Below, piece after piece: positions 19,785-30,897 of a stretch of DNA of 59,981 nt (the first letter of the stretch is position 1; each line of letters begins with the position of its first letter). The stretch spans positions 2,006,034 through 2,066,014 of the forward strand of contig BCKQ01000003.1 in the NCBI GenBank assembly GCA_001600695.1. The letters are read 5' to 3'. The position numbers and the translations under genes are program-made. Below the pieces are notes generated by a model that had not been told where the DNA came from, made no database searches, and saw only the letters and a program-made list of their open reading frames with translations. This DNA is from Ascoidea asiatica JCM 7603. Its lineage: Eukaryota > Fungi > Ascomycota.

Positions 19785-21059
19785 TTAATCAGTAGTTTGA
19801 GCAGCAAAAGTTGGTTCGAAATTATTTGGTTGTTCAACAGCAACAGTAGGATCAAGATTAATCATATCTTCATCACTTTGAGTTAATAAAGATTCATCAA
19901 CACCTTTATTGTTAAAAACATTTAAAATATTAATTCTTTTTCTAAAGCTATCATTAACTTTTTGAGCTTGATTAAAACCATTTTTATTAATAAAAGCTGT
20001 AAGTCTATTTAATTCTTTTTCGAAAAAAAAAGATTCATTGGATTTAAGTTTATTTAATAATTTTGTATAATATTTAACAGAAAATTGAAAAAAAGAGTTA
20101 TCTTTATATTTTTCAGAAATTTTTGAAATTAAATTATCAATTTTTTCATTACTTAATTCTTTTTCTTGATCAATTTCTTGATCTTCTTGTTTTAATAATT
20201 CAATGATTTCAAGATCTAATTTTGGATCTATTCTACCAGCATTTTTTAATAAATAACCATCAGGACCTCTATTAATTTTAGTTAAAGCATTAATTGAAGA
20301 TATTATAGATTCAAGAGTGGTACCATCATAATAAACTTCATATCTATGAGCTAAATCAACTTCATCACGAATATTTGGAGGAATATGAATAATTGTTGGA
20401 TATTTTTCAATTTCAAAAATTTCTTGAATTTGATTAATTTCTTCAATATTTGCAGGAGTTTCATGAATAATTAAATAGTCTTTATCATTTTTAAATAAAT
20501 TTGAAATTTTAGTAAAAATTCTTTGAACTTCAATACATTCTTCACAATAATTTGAAACAATTAAAATAAAATGATGTTTTTTAGAATTAATTAATAAATT
20601 TTTAAAATTACCATCATTTAAAATTTCAATATTTGATTCTGGTTTTTTCTCAAAAATAAAAATTTTTGAATTTTGATAAATAAAATCTTTAAAACTATTA
20701 ATATCTCTACCAGAATTATAATCAATTGGAATTTTATTATTTGGTTTAAAAAATTTTAAAGTTGGAAAACCTTGAATACCATATTTTTTACTAGTTTTTG
20801 AATTTTTTTCACCATCAATTTCAATTATTTGAATTTCATCATTATTTTTATAAATATCAGCTAAATCTTCATAAATTGGAGCTAACCTTTTACAATGTCC
20901 ACACCAATCTGTATAAAATTTAACTAAAGAATATTTATTAGAATCTAAAACTAAATCACTGAAATTTTTATCAGTTGCTTTGATAACATTTGAACCAAGT
21001 ACCAAACTGAAAAAAGTACTTAAGAAAAGCAAAAGAGACAATTTCATCGACGACCTCAT
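19785..21059 (-). CDS. Protein disulfide isomerase, ERp38/TigA type (two thioredoxin domains plus ERp29-like C-terminal domain)
   Basis: Hydrophobic signal peptide, FYTDWCGHCKRLAP, GFPTLKFF, second thioredoxin with YCEEC, C-terminal YYTKLLNK..ELNRL..DSFRKRINILNVF. Confidence 0.85.
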   Translation of the reverse strand: MRSSMKLSLLLFLSTFFSLVLGSNVIKATDKNFSDLVLDSNKYSLVKFYTDWCGHCKRLAPIYEDLADIYKNNDEIQIIEIDGEKNSKTSKKYGIQGFPTLKFFKPNNKIPIDYNSGRDINSFKDFIYQNSKIFIFEKKPESNIEILNDGNFKNLLINSKKHHFILIVSNYCEECIEVQRIFTKISNLFKNDKDYLIIHETPANIEEINQIQEIFEIEKYPTIIHIPPNIRDEVDLAHRYEVYYDGTTLESIISSINALTKINRGPDGYLLKNAGRIDPKLDLEIIELLKQEDQEIDQEKELSNEKIDNLISKISEKYKDNSFFQFSVKYYTKLLNKLKSNESFFFEKELNRLTAFINKNGFNQAQKVNDSFRKRINILNVFNNKGVDESLLTQSDEDMINLDPTVAVEQPNNFEPTFAAQTTD

Positions 21060-21386
21060 ATTAATAATATTAAATAACTAACACTATCAATTGATAATGA
21101 ACTTGCAAGAACTATTATAAACAGACCTCTTCAAATACAATTGATCTCTTCTCATAAACTGTTCTCGAGTACTGCGAGTGATACCTCTACTGCCACTGCT
21201 ACTACTACTACCACTACCACTAGTTAAGGTTGTTAGTAAGCAGCTGCCGTAATTAACAATAAACACACTTGGCCAGTACGGGCACCTAGTCAAACAGAGG
21301 CCTAATGCCTGGCTACTACAGCTTCTAAGACTACATGCCTGTGCTGTAGTATCTTGCACTTTACTCTGCTGCGACAATATCTTTAA

Positions 21387-21419
21387 TACTATTACTACTA
21401 CTACTACTACTACTACTAT

Positions 21420-21450
<31 letters not shown>
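21387..21450. repeat. (TAC)n trinucleotide microsatellite with two TAT interruptions
   Basis: About 21 triplets read directly between the PDI promoter island and the YAT2 3' end. Confidence 0.95.
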
Positions 21451-21451
<1 letters not shown>

Positions 21452-21591
21452 TGTGTTTATTGAGGAAAGTGTAAGAACCAGTTGATTAATTAAGTAAGAA
21501 ACAATAAAATGTGTATATATTTGTATATTAGTATGTATGTTTTAGTATATGGATGGCAAGACTATAACCATTGTAAAGAGTTGGATACATA

Positions 21592-24210
21592 TCAATCTTC
21601 TTCAACAATTATTTCTCTGCCAATGTTTAGTTTTTGCACTTCATCTAAGTGAACTTTTCTTTCAATAAACTCTTCATTGTTCTTCATTTGTAATAAAGAT
21701 TCTTGACTTTTCAGTTCTTTATTCAATTTGGCTTCAAAAACATCACTGATTCTATTACGAATCAGATCTTTTTGATTTTGTTGAAATTTAAATAAATCTT
21801 TACTAATACTAACATTTCTTGAATTTCTTGATATTTGTCTAGAATTATTTTCACTATTTCTAAATTCTAAATCTTCAACATCAAAAAATCCATATCCTCC
21901 TAATGAATATTCTGGATCATTGATTTCAATACCATTTTTAATTTTTTGATTACTTTTATAATGTGAATTTGAATTTGAACTGGAATTTGAATTTGAATTT
22001 GAATCATATTTTGAATCTGTTAAAGCCATAGAAACTGTTCTAATCATTTCTTCTGCAGAAATTGAATTTGAATTAATTTCTGAATTTGATAATTTTCCAA
22101 CATTTTTCCATAATAAATAAATTTCATTGAAAACCCATTGTAAAGTTTCTAAAAATCTTTCATTTTGTCTAAATTGTGAACAAATTGTTAAAGAAATTGA
22201 ATCTTCTTTAATAATATATCCAATACCAAATCCATTTGGATGTGCTGGCATAACTGAAAAAAATTTTAATGCTGGATTACCACAATTTACTGCAATCATC
22301 TCTGGTTCAAAAATTAATTCAAATAATCCATTTTCATTAAATAAAAATGGTATTTTTTCTTCAATATTTTTTAAATTATCAATATTTGGAATTTTTTTTA
22401 ATTTATAATCATATTTTTCATTTAATTCATTTAAATAATCTTTTTGTATATAACATAATTTTAAAGCTTTTAAATGTTTTTCAAATCCTCTACCATGCAT
22501 TGAAATTGATTTTAATCTATTTAATTCTTCAATTCCCAGTAAAATATAATTCCATTTTTGTAAAGCTGATACATTACTTATAAAATTTTGTGATAATTTT
22601 AAAATTAATTCATTTTGAATTGCACACATTTCACTTCTAGATTTATTAAATCTTCTTGTAGAAATTGATTCAAATGTTGAAGGTAATTTACCATATAATG
22701 AATAAAATGTAATTTGTATACATAATTGTATTAAAGAATCTGAATTTAATTTATATTTTGAATTAAATATATTATATCCAACAAATTTTTTAAAAATTTT
22801 AAAATTATGTTGATATCTACATAATAAATCACTTAATCTCGTTTCTGCTAAATGAATTTCTTTTAATAATAATTTATTTGATTTATCCCAATTTAATTTA
22901 ATTAAATTTGGTTTAATATAATTATTATCATCAATAAATGAAATACCTTTTGTAAATAATGAATAATTTTTATTATTATTAATTTTTACAGCTAATCTTA
23001 AAATTGAATCTGTATAAATATCTGAAACAAATCTTAAAACTGTTGTACCATCACAACTTGTTGGTTCCCACATAATACAAGCTTTTGAATTTTTTGAAAT
23101 AATAATTTGTAATTTATCATACCATCTTGTGATTGAAGAACCAATTTGAATACCATTTTTAATATTTGATAAACCATGAGCTAAAGATGAAGGATAATTT
23201 AAATCTTTTGAATTAAATTCATTTAAATCTAAATTTAAAATAAATAAAGATTCATCAATTAAATTTAAATTTTTAAAATTTATTGAATTTTTATTTAAAT
23301 TTATTAAATTTCTTGATTTAAACCAAGATTTTCTATTTGAAGAAGTTATAGTTGCAATAGAAATTGAATTGGAATTTAATTCATTAAAATTTAAATTTTT
23401 TGAATAATCAATAATTTTTTTAAAAAAATTTTGTAATTGAAATTGATTAAAAATTAATTTATTTGAAATTGGATCAATAACATTTAATATGAAAAATTGA
23501 TTATTTGAAATAATTGTAATATGATTTGAAATTGATTTATCAGAAATTTTAATATTTATACCATTACCCTTTTTTGAAGGAAATCTTGTTGTTGAAAATA
23601 AACAATTATAAGAAGAATTTGATAAAATATTATTTGATTTTGGAGAATAATCATTTGATAAAAAATTTAATCTATAAGTTAAAATAAATTTTAAAGCAGA
23701 TAAAATTAAAATTGAAGCTCTTTCATGTTGAGTTATTGGAAAAATTGAAAAATTTGATTTTGGATCATCTTCTAAAATAAAATATGGATTTCTTGGTAAA
23801 ATTTTACCTCTATATTCACTATAAATATTTGTAACATTATGATTTTGTCTATTTGAAAATAAATCTAAATAACATTTTGTTTTTTTTAAATTATTAAAAT
23901 TATTTAAATGAGATTGTAAAATTTTTATAATATTATTATTTTTAAAATTATTAATTAATAAATTTTGAGAATTTTTATAATCATCAAAATTTTGTAAAGG
24001 TTTCAAAGCATATAATAAATTTTCAACACTTTGTTCAATTGTTGGTAATGGAAGTTTTGGTAAATAAGAATCTTGATTATCATTATCATTAAAAATTTCA
24101 TTATCTTTATCCTTATATTTATCTTTATCATTATTTTTAAAATCTATATTTTGATTTGGAGAATAATCCAAAATGGAATTGAGAAGATTACTGTTTGAAG
24201 TGACTACCAT
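21592..24210 (-). CDS. YAT2: Carnitine O-acetyltransferase family protein, Yat2/Ctn3 type
   Basis: LPKLPLPT, NPYFILEDDP, RWYDKLQII, DGTTVLRFVSDIYTDSILRLA, TFESISTRRF..SRSE, NCGNPAL, GFGIGYII, LGGYGFFD. Lacks the canonical His, as recalled for the Yat2 subfamily. Confidence 0.85.
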   Translation of the reverse strand: MVVTSNSNLLNSILDYSPNQNIDFKNNDKDKYKDKDNEIFNDNDNQDSYLPKLPLPTIEQSVENLLYALKPLQNFDDYKNSQNLLINNFKNNNIIKILQSHLNNFNNLKKTKCYLDLFSNRQNHNVTNIYSEYRGKILPRNPYFILEDDPKSNFSIFPITQHERASILILSALKFILTYRLNFLSNDYSPKSNNILSNSSYNCLFSTTRFPSKKGNGINIKISDKSISNHITIISNNQFFILNVIDPISNKLIFNQFQLQNFFKKIIDYSKNLNFNELNSNSISIATITSSNRKSWFKSRNLINLNKNSINFKNLNLIDESLFILNLDLNEFNSKDLNYPSSLAHGLSNIKNGIQIGSSITRWYDKLQIIISKNSKACIMWEPTSCDGTTVLRFVSDIYTDSILRLAVKINNNKNYSLFTKGISFIDDNNYIKPNLIKLNWDKSNKLLLKEIHLAETRLSDLLCRYQHNFKIFKKFVGYNIFNSKYKLNSDSLIQLCIQITFYSLYGKLPSTFESISTRRFNKSRSEMCAIQNELILKLSQNFISNVSALQKWNYILLGIEELNRLKSISMHGRGFEKHLKALKLCYIQKDYLNELNEKYDYKLKKIPNIDNLKNIEEKIPFLFNENGLFELIFEPEMIAVNCGNPALKFFSVMPAHPNGFGIGYIIKEDSISLTICSQFRQNERFLETLQWVFNEIYLLWKNVGKLSNSEINSNSISAEEMIRTVSMALTDSKYDSNSNSNSSSNSNSHYKSNQKIKNGIEINDPEYSLGGYGFFDVEDLEFRNSENNSRQISRNSRNVSISKDLFKFQQNQKDLIRNRISDVFEAKLNKELKSQESLLQMKNNEEFIERKVHLDEVQKLNIGREIIVEED

Positions 24211-24837
24211 ATTGTTATTTGTTAGTCAAAAGGAAATGGTTAATAAAAACAAGAAAAAGAGTGTTAAGTGAGAAAATTGGAAAACAAATAAAAAGCAAAA
24301 GGAAAAAGAAGTTTGTATTTAAACAAAAGAATATAGTTATCAATAAGAAGTGGTGGATATTCACAAAGAAATGGATTATGAAGAGATAATGTGATTGAGC
24401 ATGGAAATTAGTGACTGAAGGGAAATAAAAGCAAGAGGAAGGAAAGTTAGGAAACTGGAGCAAATGAATACAAAGGAATTAATACAAATGGATACAAAGG
24501 GATACAAAGCGAAAGCAGCCCAGCCAAGAATGAGTGACAATTGTGGAAGACCCTTTTTTTAGTTCAATTAATGTTCAGTACCTCATTTGCCTTAATTGCT
24601 TGTCTTTTTTGCGGGGGAGCCCTGGGCCACTGCCATTCCTCCACATTTAGCGCTCGAGGAGTGATTACGCCCGCTAAAGTGGCGCAGCTCTAAGGAAGTG
24701 CGGAGTAGCGTCGATGTTAACGCAACGTAGCCAGCGCAAAGTTGAAGACGTTAACTCGACGCTACTTTTTAAAAGGAATATCAGGTGACCTATTTCCGGC
24801 TTTGAATAATTTCCAACTTTCAGCGTGCCTCTGTGAC

Positions 24838-24873
24838 CCCGTATATCCGGGTCTTCTTTGCGCTGCTCACGTG
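24838..24873. promoter_or_regulatory. Cbf1-type E-box TCACGTG (24867-24873) with adjacent CCGTATATCCGGG, MET2/YAT2 promoter
   Basis: Exact TCACGTG about 490 bp upstream of the MET2 ATG; Cbf1 sites are established in yeast MET promoters. Confidence 0.65.
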
Positions 24874-25068
24874 CGGGACGTGTGAGATTTCGCCATTTCC
24901 TCGCTCGATTTCACTGCCTTTTCTTCTGTCACTGTTTTTCACAGGTTTTCTCTGTTTTTCACTGTTTTCATCGAGTTAAGCTCAGAAATTCCGAATTTTT
25001 CACTCCAGACTTTTGAGTTTGAATGAGTAACCGTTAAGAGAAGTGAAGATAATGCTTTACTGATAAAT

Positions 25069-25077
25069 AAACTGTGG
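25069..25077 (+). promoter_or_regulatory. Met31/Met32 binding site AAACTGTGG
   Basis: Exact match to the established Met31/32 consensus, about 290 bp upstream of the MET2 ATG. Confidence 0.7.
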
Positions 25078-25362
25078 TTTGCTAGATTTCTCATTATTTA
25101 GAACTTATCGATTAATAATTAATAATTAATAATTAGTTTTATTATTATTTGATTAATTGTTAGTTAATTGGTAATTTGATTTATTTCCTTACCCTTTTTT
25201 TTTTTTTGTGTTTTTCTGCTTGATTCTTTTCTCTAAATTCATTTTAATTTTTTTCATGAATCTGAATCTTATATGATAACAAGCTTATTCCTAAGTATTT
25301 ATCATTATCCATTAATTATTCATTTTCACTTTTAGATTCTTCACTATCTTTTATATTCAAAA

Positions 25363-27039
25363 ATGACAACTTCTAATCCTATTTCAAGTTCTGAATCTGA
25401 TTCGGATTCTAAACCTCAATCTCAATCTCAATCTCAATCTCAAGCTCAGGTTTATAAATATATTCAATCTGAACCTGAAAATCCTTTTTCAAAATTAGTT
25501 AATAATCAAAATATTATAATAATACCTCAATTTCAATTAGAATCTGGTGAAATTTTATATAATATTCCAATTGCTTATAAATCTTGGGGTAAATTAAATC
25601 AAAAAAAAGATAATGTATTAATAATTTGTCATGCTTTTACTGGTTCTTCTGATATAAGTGATTGGTGGGGCCCATTATTAGGTCCAAAAAAGGCTTTTGA
25701 TCAAACTAAATTTTTTATAATTTGCTTCAATTCTTTAGGTTCTCCATATGGTTCATGTTCTCCAGTTACTTTAAATCCTTTAACAAATAAAATTTATGGT
25801 CCAACTTTTCCTTTAACAACTATAAGAGATGATGTTAAAATTCATAAATTAATTTTAGATTATTTAAAAATTAATCAAATTGCTTGTGTAATTGGTGGTT
25901 CAATGGGTGGTATGTTAGCTTTAGAATATCCAAGTATTTTTGGTCCAAATTATATAAAATCAATTATTGCCTTAGCTACTTCTGCAAGACATTCTGCTTG
26001 GTGTATTTCTTGGGGTGAAGCTCAAAGACAAAGTATATATTCTGATCCAAAATATAATGATGGTTATTATGAATTATCTGATGCTCCAGTATCTGGTTTA
26101 TCTGCTGCAAGAATGGCTGCTTTACTAACTTATAGATCTAGAAATTCTTTTGAATCAAGATTTGGTAGAAATGATCCAAATAAATCAAAAAATATTCCAA
26201 AATCAAAAATTTTCATAAATAAAAAATCAAAATTTATCTCAAACTCTAATTTAAACTCTAATTCAAATTCAAATTCAATAACAACTGATGAACGAAATTG
26301 GGCTATACATAATGAAGGTCATAGAAATGCAAATTCAACCAATAATTTTCATAAATCTGATTCTCAAACTTCTGTATCTTCTATTAATTCTCATTCTTCT
26401 TCTTCTTCTTCAACAACAAATTTAAATTCAAACTCAAATTCACATATAAAAAGAACTCAAACTTTTTTTACTGCTCAATCATATTTAAGATATCAAGGTG
26501 ATAAATTTAAAAGTAGATTTGATCCAAATTGTTATATTTCTTTATCAAGAAAACTAGATACTCATGATTTAACAAGAGATAGATTTTATCCTTTTCCAGA
26601 ATATTTTACTTACATAGATCCTGATTATGATGATCCTTCAAAACCAAATCTAGATTCGGATTTATCAATTGAAGAAAATATTAAAATTCCTCTACAAATT
26701 TCAATTGAAGATCATTTAAAAAAATTGTCTCAGCCTTCATTAATAATTGGTATATCTTCTGATAATTTATTTACTTATTCTGAACAACAATTATTACATA
26801 ATTATTTACCAAACTCAGAATTATATAAAATTGAAAGCCCTGAAGGTCATGATGCTTTCTTATTAGAATTTGAAAAAATCAATGATTTAATATTAAAATT
26901 TTTAAATAAAAATTTACCAGATTTAATGAATACTACTGTAATAAGTGAAAAAGATTTAATCGCTGATTCTTCAATATTAGGTCAAAATGGTAAAAATGAA
27001 AGTTTATTCGGTGAAGCTGAGGATATAACTAATTGGTAA
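25363..27039 (+). CDS. MET2: Homoserine O-acetyltransferase
   Basis: ICHAFTGSSD, LGSPYGS, nucleophile GGSMGG, ARHSAW, RFDPNCY, GISSDNLF, SPEGHDAFLLEF, C-terminal FGEAEDITNW. Confidence 0.96.
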   Translation: MTTSNPISSSESDSDSKPQSQSQSQSQAQVYKYIQSEPENPFSKLVNNQNIIIIPQFQLESGEILYNIPIAYKSWGKLNQKKDNVLIICHAFTGSSDISDWWGPLLGPKKAFDQTKFFIICFNSLGSPYGSCSPVTLNPLTNKIYGPTFPLTTIRDDVKIHKLILDYLKINQIACVIGGSMGGMLALEYPSIFGPNYIKSIIALATSARHSAWCISWGEAQRQSIYSDPKYNDGYYELSDAPVSGLSAARMAALLTYRSRNSFESRFGRNDPNKSKNIPKSKIFINKKSKFISNSNLNSNSNSNSITTDERNWAIHNEGHRNANSTNNFHKSDSQTSVSSINSHSSSSSSTTNLNSNSNSHIKRTQTFFTAQSYLRYQGDKFKSRFDPNCYISLSRKLDTHDLTRDRFYPFPEYFTYIDPDYDDPSKPNLDSDLSIEENIKIPLQISIEDHLKKLSQPSLIIGISSDNLFTYSEQQLLHNYLPNSELYKIESPEGHDAFLLEFEKINDLILKFLNKNLPDLMNTTVISEKDLIADSSILGQNGKNESLFGEAEDITNW

Positions 27040-27903
27040 GCTTTTTTTTAAACAAGGAAAATAAATTTTCTAGAATCATCACTATGCACTATTGATTATC
27101 ATTATCATTATCATTCATTAACATTAGCATTACTATTATTAAATTTAATAAATATATTCAAAATCATTACAATTAATAACAATTCACTAATAATCATAAT
27201 TTTTTATAATAATTGTGATGAATTATATGAATTATGTAATATTTTCGTTTATTAATTTTAATTTTAATTTTAATGATAATGTTACTTTGATCTTACTTGT
27301 TTTCATTATTTTCAAATTTCCGTTATAATTTAAACTAACTATTATATAATACTTCATTCTTAATGCTTTTTTTTTTATCTGCTTATTTTTTTTTAATATT
27401 CATTAAGGCCAGATATTTCAAGATATAGTAAACTTTAATTAATTTGTTTTCTTATACTGAATTATTAATCAAATATTGCTCAAATATTCACTCACTTTTT
27501 ATTCACTTTTTATTCATGTTTTTTTTTGATAAATTTTATAGAATAAAGTCAAGGTTGACTTCAATAAAGATGTTCTAGATTATATATGCTTATTGGTTTT
27601 TTTTTTTCCAAATGAAAACAAATATTAAGCAAATCAGCTATATAAAGTTTAATAGACAATAACTCATAATTGCATTTAGATTTTTAATTACTAGAATACT
27701 AATTTAATAATTTTTTTTTTTGTTTTCTGTTTTGTAATAAAGAAAAATATCATTACTAATATATAATTGAGGAAGTGAAAAGAAAATTTTTTTGATAAAT
27801 TTTCATAAAGCAAAAGCGAAACTTTGATAGTAAAAGTATAAAAGGTTGAAAAAAAGAAAAATAATAGTATTATAGAAATGATAAGCTAATGAATGTTTTT
27901 TAT

Positions 27904-29541
27904 CTATTTTGTTATTATTTTAATTTCATGCTCTTTTTCAGTTATATTTTGATCTTTATCTTGAATATTTTGAGTATTTTGATTATGAATATCTTCATCC
28001 TGATAATTTTCTGGATAATCTTCTTGATATTCTTCTTGATCATCTTGATCATCTTGATAACTTTGATCTTGATGTTGTTTATTTGAGGTATAATCCAAAA
28101 CTCTTTGATCAAAACGTATTACCATTACAGAAACATTATCCATTGTTAAATTTTTAATCGCATGATTACATAAAATTTGACTTGCTTTTTGAGGATCTGA
28201 TTCATTTCTTATTAAATCTACAGCATCTTGATCTTTTATAATATCCCATAAACCATCACAAGCAATAATTAAAAATTCATCATCATTAGTCATTTCTAAA
28301 GCGGTTGTATATGGTTTACCAATAATTAAATTTTTAAGATAACAATCACCTAAAGATCTAGTTACGGCTAATATTCCATTAACTCTATTTCTCATTATTA
28401 AACCACCATTTTGAATAATTCTATTTGATTCATTTGAATCAGAACCTTTATGATCATAAGATAATCTGATTGCAAAACCATTTCTACAAAGTACTAATCT
28501 TGAATCACCAACGTTTGCAGTATATAACATTCTTTTATGATTCGGAGAAGGAACAAAATCAAAATTTTTTTTTAAATCATCATAATTTGGAATTTTATTT
28601 GAGAAATTATTTTGCTGAGTATTTATGTTTTGATTTTGATTATTATTCAGTATTTTACTATTATTTATATTATTCAGTATTTCATTATTACTTATAATAT
28701 TATTCTGTGTTTGATTATTATTATCATTATTACTACTGGTAATAGTAGTGATATTCTGTATGTCATTATTAATATTATTCTGTATATTAGTATTATTAAT
28801 AATATTATTTGAATTAGATATAGGTATACCTTCTATATCTATATCATTATTTTTATAGTTATTAGTTGTATAATTATACAGCTGATTTTCAGTAGTTAAA
28901 TCTGTATTTGAATTTGAATTTGAATTTATTATTTTATTTGAATTTGAAGAGGTTAAAGAATTATTTGATTTAATTATAAAATCATCATCTAATTCCCAAC
29001 GTATTACAGCTACAGCTGCAGTACAACCTGAAGAACCAATTATAGATTTATTTTGATCAATAAGTTTATCAGCGTTTTGGAAAGATATATTTAAACAAGA
29101 TCTTATATCTTTTTCTTCTAAATTATTTAGTTTTTTTTTAATTGATTGTTGTTGTTGATTTTGATTTTGATTTTGATTTTGATTTAATTTTAACTGACTA
29201 TGAATTGATTCATTTTTTAAAATTTCATTTTGTAATAAAAGATGTAAATTTTGACCACACCATTTTGCAGATTGTTTACCAGCATGGCCATCAAATATAG
29301 CAAAATAACCCCAATCTAATCTTTCAGCAAAATTAGCTACATAAGTATGAACATCTTCCATTGTTGGTCTATATTTTGAATTTTTATTTTCAGATACACC
29401 AACTTTGAAAGATAATTTGTAGGATAAATTTGAATTTATTTTAATTTTTTCTTGATTATTTTTATCATTACTATTATCATTATTATTAGTATTGCCTTCT
29501 TTATCTATTTTAGGTTTTGAAGGAGAAGAATAATTTGACAT
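27904..29541 (-). CDS. PTC1: PP2C protein phosphatase Ptc1
   Basis: RPTMEDVHTYVANFAERLDWGYFAIFDGHAG, SGCTAAV, LYTANVGDSR, RLSYDHK, RVNGILAVTRSLGD, ACDGLWD, DNVSVMV; long Asn-rich insert. Confidence 0.93.
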   Translation of the reverse strand: MSNYSSPSKPKIDKEGNTNNNDNSNDKNNQEKIKINSNLSYKLSFKVGVSENKNSKYRPTMEDVHTYVANFAERLDWGYFAIFDGHAGKQSAKWCGQNLHLLLQNEILKNESIHSQLKLNQNQNQNQNQQQQSIKKKLNNLEEKDIRSCLNISFQNADKLIDQNKSIIGSSGCTAAVAVIRWELDDDFIIKSNNSLTSSNSNKIINSNSNSNTDLTTENQLYNYTTNNYKNNDIDIEGIPISNSNNIINNTNIQNNINNDIQNITTITSSNNDNNNQTQNNIISNNEILNNINNSKILNNNQNQNINTQQNNFSNKIPNYDDLKKNFDFVPSPNHKRMLYTANVGDSRLVLCRNGFAIRLSYDHKGSDSNESNRIIQNGGLIMRNRVNGILAVTRSLGDCYLKNLIIGKPYTTALEMTNDDEFLIIACDGLWDIIKDQDAVDLIRNESDPQKASQILCNHAIKNLTMDNVSVMVIRFDQRVLDYTSNKQHQDQSYQDDQDDQEEYQEDYPENYQDEDIHNQNTQNIQDKDQNITEKEHEIKIITK

Positions 29542-30155
29542 TATTTGATTTTATAAAGTGTAAGAATTTAGTGTATATTAGATTAAATTAAATTGTATTA
29601 TATTATATTATATGATGTTTTATATGATATTAAAGTATGGGCGGTTAAGAAATGTATAAATTTTGAGAATTAAAAGTAAAGCCAATAGCTCATTTAGGAA
29701 AAAGATTTAATTTCTGATGTAATATATATTGGATATATAGATTATAGATTGTGTAATGTAGATTGTAGATTGTAGATTATGGATTAAAGATAAATTTGAT
29801 ATTTGATTTTAGATATTTAATATTTAATATTTAATATTTGATATTTGATATATTTGATATTCAGTATTAAATATTTACAGTATTAATATTTGATATAAAA
29901 CAGTGTAGTAAAATAGTATATTATGGTAGTGAGTGGTACCTTACGCAGGCTCACAAGTGAACCAAGTGAACTGACGAGCGAAAACTGACGACTGAAAACT
30001 GAAGGCGAGACAAAACTGGTTCGGTTGCAGTTTGAGCTTTGAATCTGGAAGCCAGCAGGAAGCCAGCAGAAAACTAGCAGAAACCCAGCACCAGGGGCCC
30101 TGAAAGAAGATCTCGAAGCAAAAAAAGAAGACAGGAGAGATAAATAAAAAAAACA

Positions 30156-30350
30156 GTCACGTGGATAACATTGGTCAGCTGACCCGCAAAAACGGTCATG
30201 GACACGGAAATTTTATTGACCCACCGTGCTTGTTCCATTGTCCCTTCATTTTTGTAAAGTGGTCCAGGATTCCCAAAATAGAAGTTCATGCGCCGGTGGA
30301 TGACTAATCATTTCGGGATATCGGCAGAAAAGTTGCCGTTTGGTGACTCA
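30156..30350. promoter_or_regulatory. PTC1/ARO9 divergent promoter: GTCACGTG (30156-30163), TGACTAA (30301-30307), Gcn4 site TGACTCA (30344-30350)
   Basis: Exact motif matches inside a GC-rich island upstream of an amino-acid aminotransferase. Confidence 0.5.
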
Positions 30351-30897
30351 AATACGGATCCTGTTTTGAAAGGTGTCAATCTGGGGTTCAGTGAGACTTG
30401 CACACAAACATACTTGTGAAGGCTTTTGACATACACTGGCGTAACCGGCTATGACAGGCAATACAAGTATAGCAACGGATTACGTCCGGCTTTCCGTCTT
30501 TGTGTCGTTTTAGTACGCTTGCCGTTAACGGTTCCGGTTTGCACTGACGTTTTTTCACCAGGGCCTGGCATGAAACTGTGCTCAATACTAGAGATAAGCT
30601 TGTCGCTACCCGGCCTTGATCCAGATTATTAATGAGTAATCTCGGCAACTACTGTATTAGATAGAAAGAAGTATTACAGTAGATATTGGATATATTTATA
30701 ATAGAGGTGGGTAAATGACACTTGATATTGGATATTGGAAATTTGAAATATTTCTTATAAGATGTGAAATTTATCTCCATTTTTCATCTTCTCTTTTTAC
30801 TCAAATTGATTCGTATTTTTTTTTCTTTCAAAAGTTTTCGATTATTTTCAATAATAAAGTATAATAATCTATGAGATAATAACTAATTAAACAAAAA

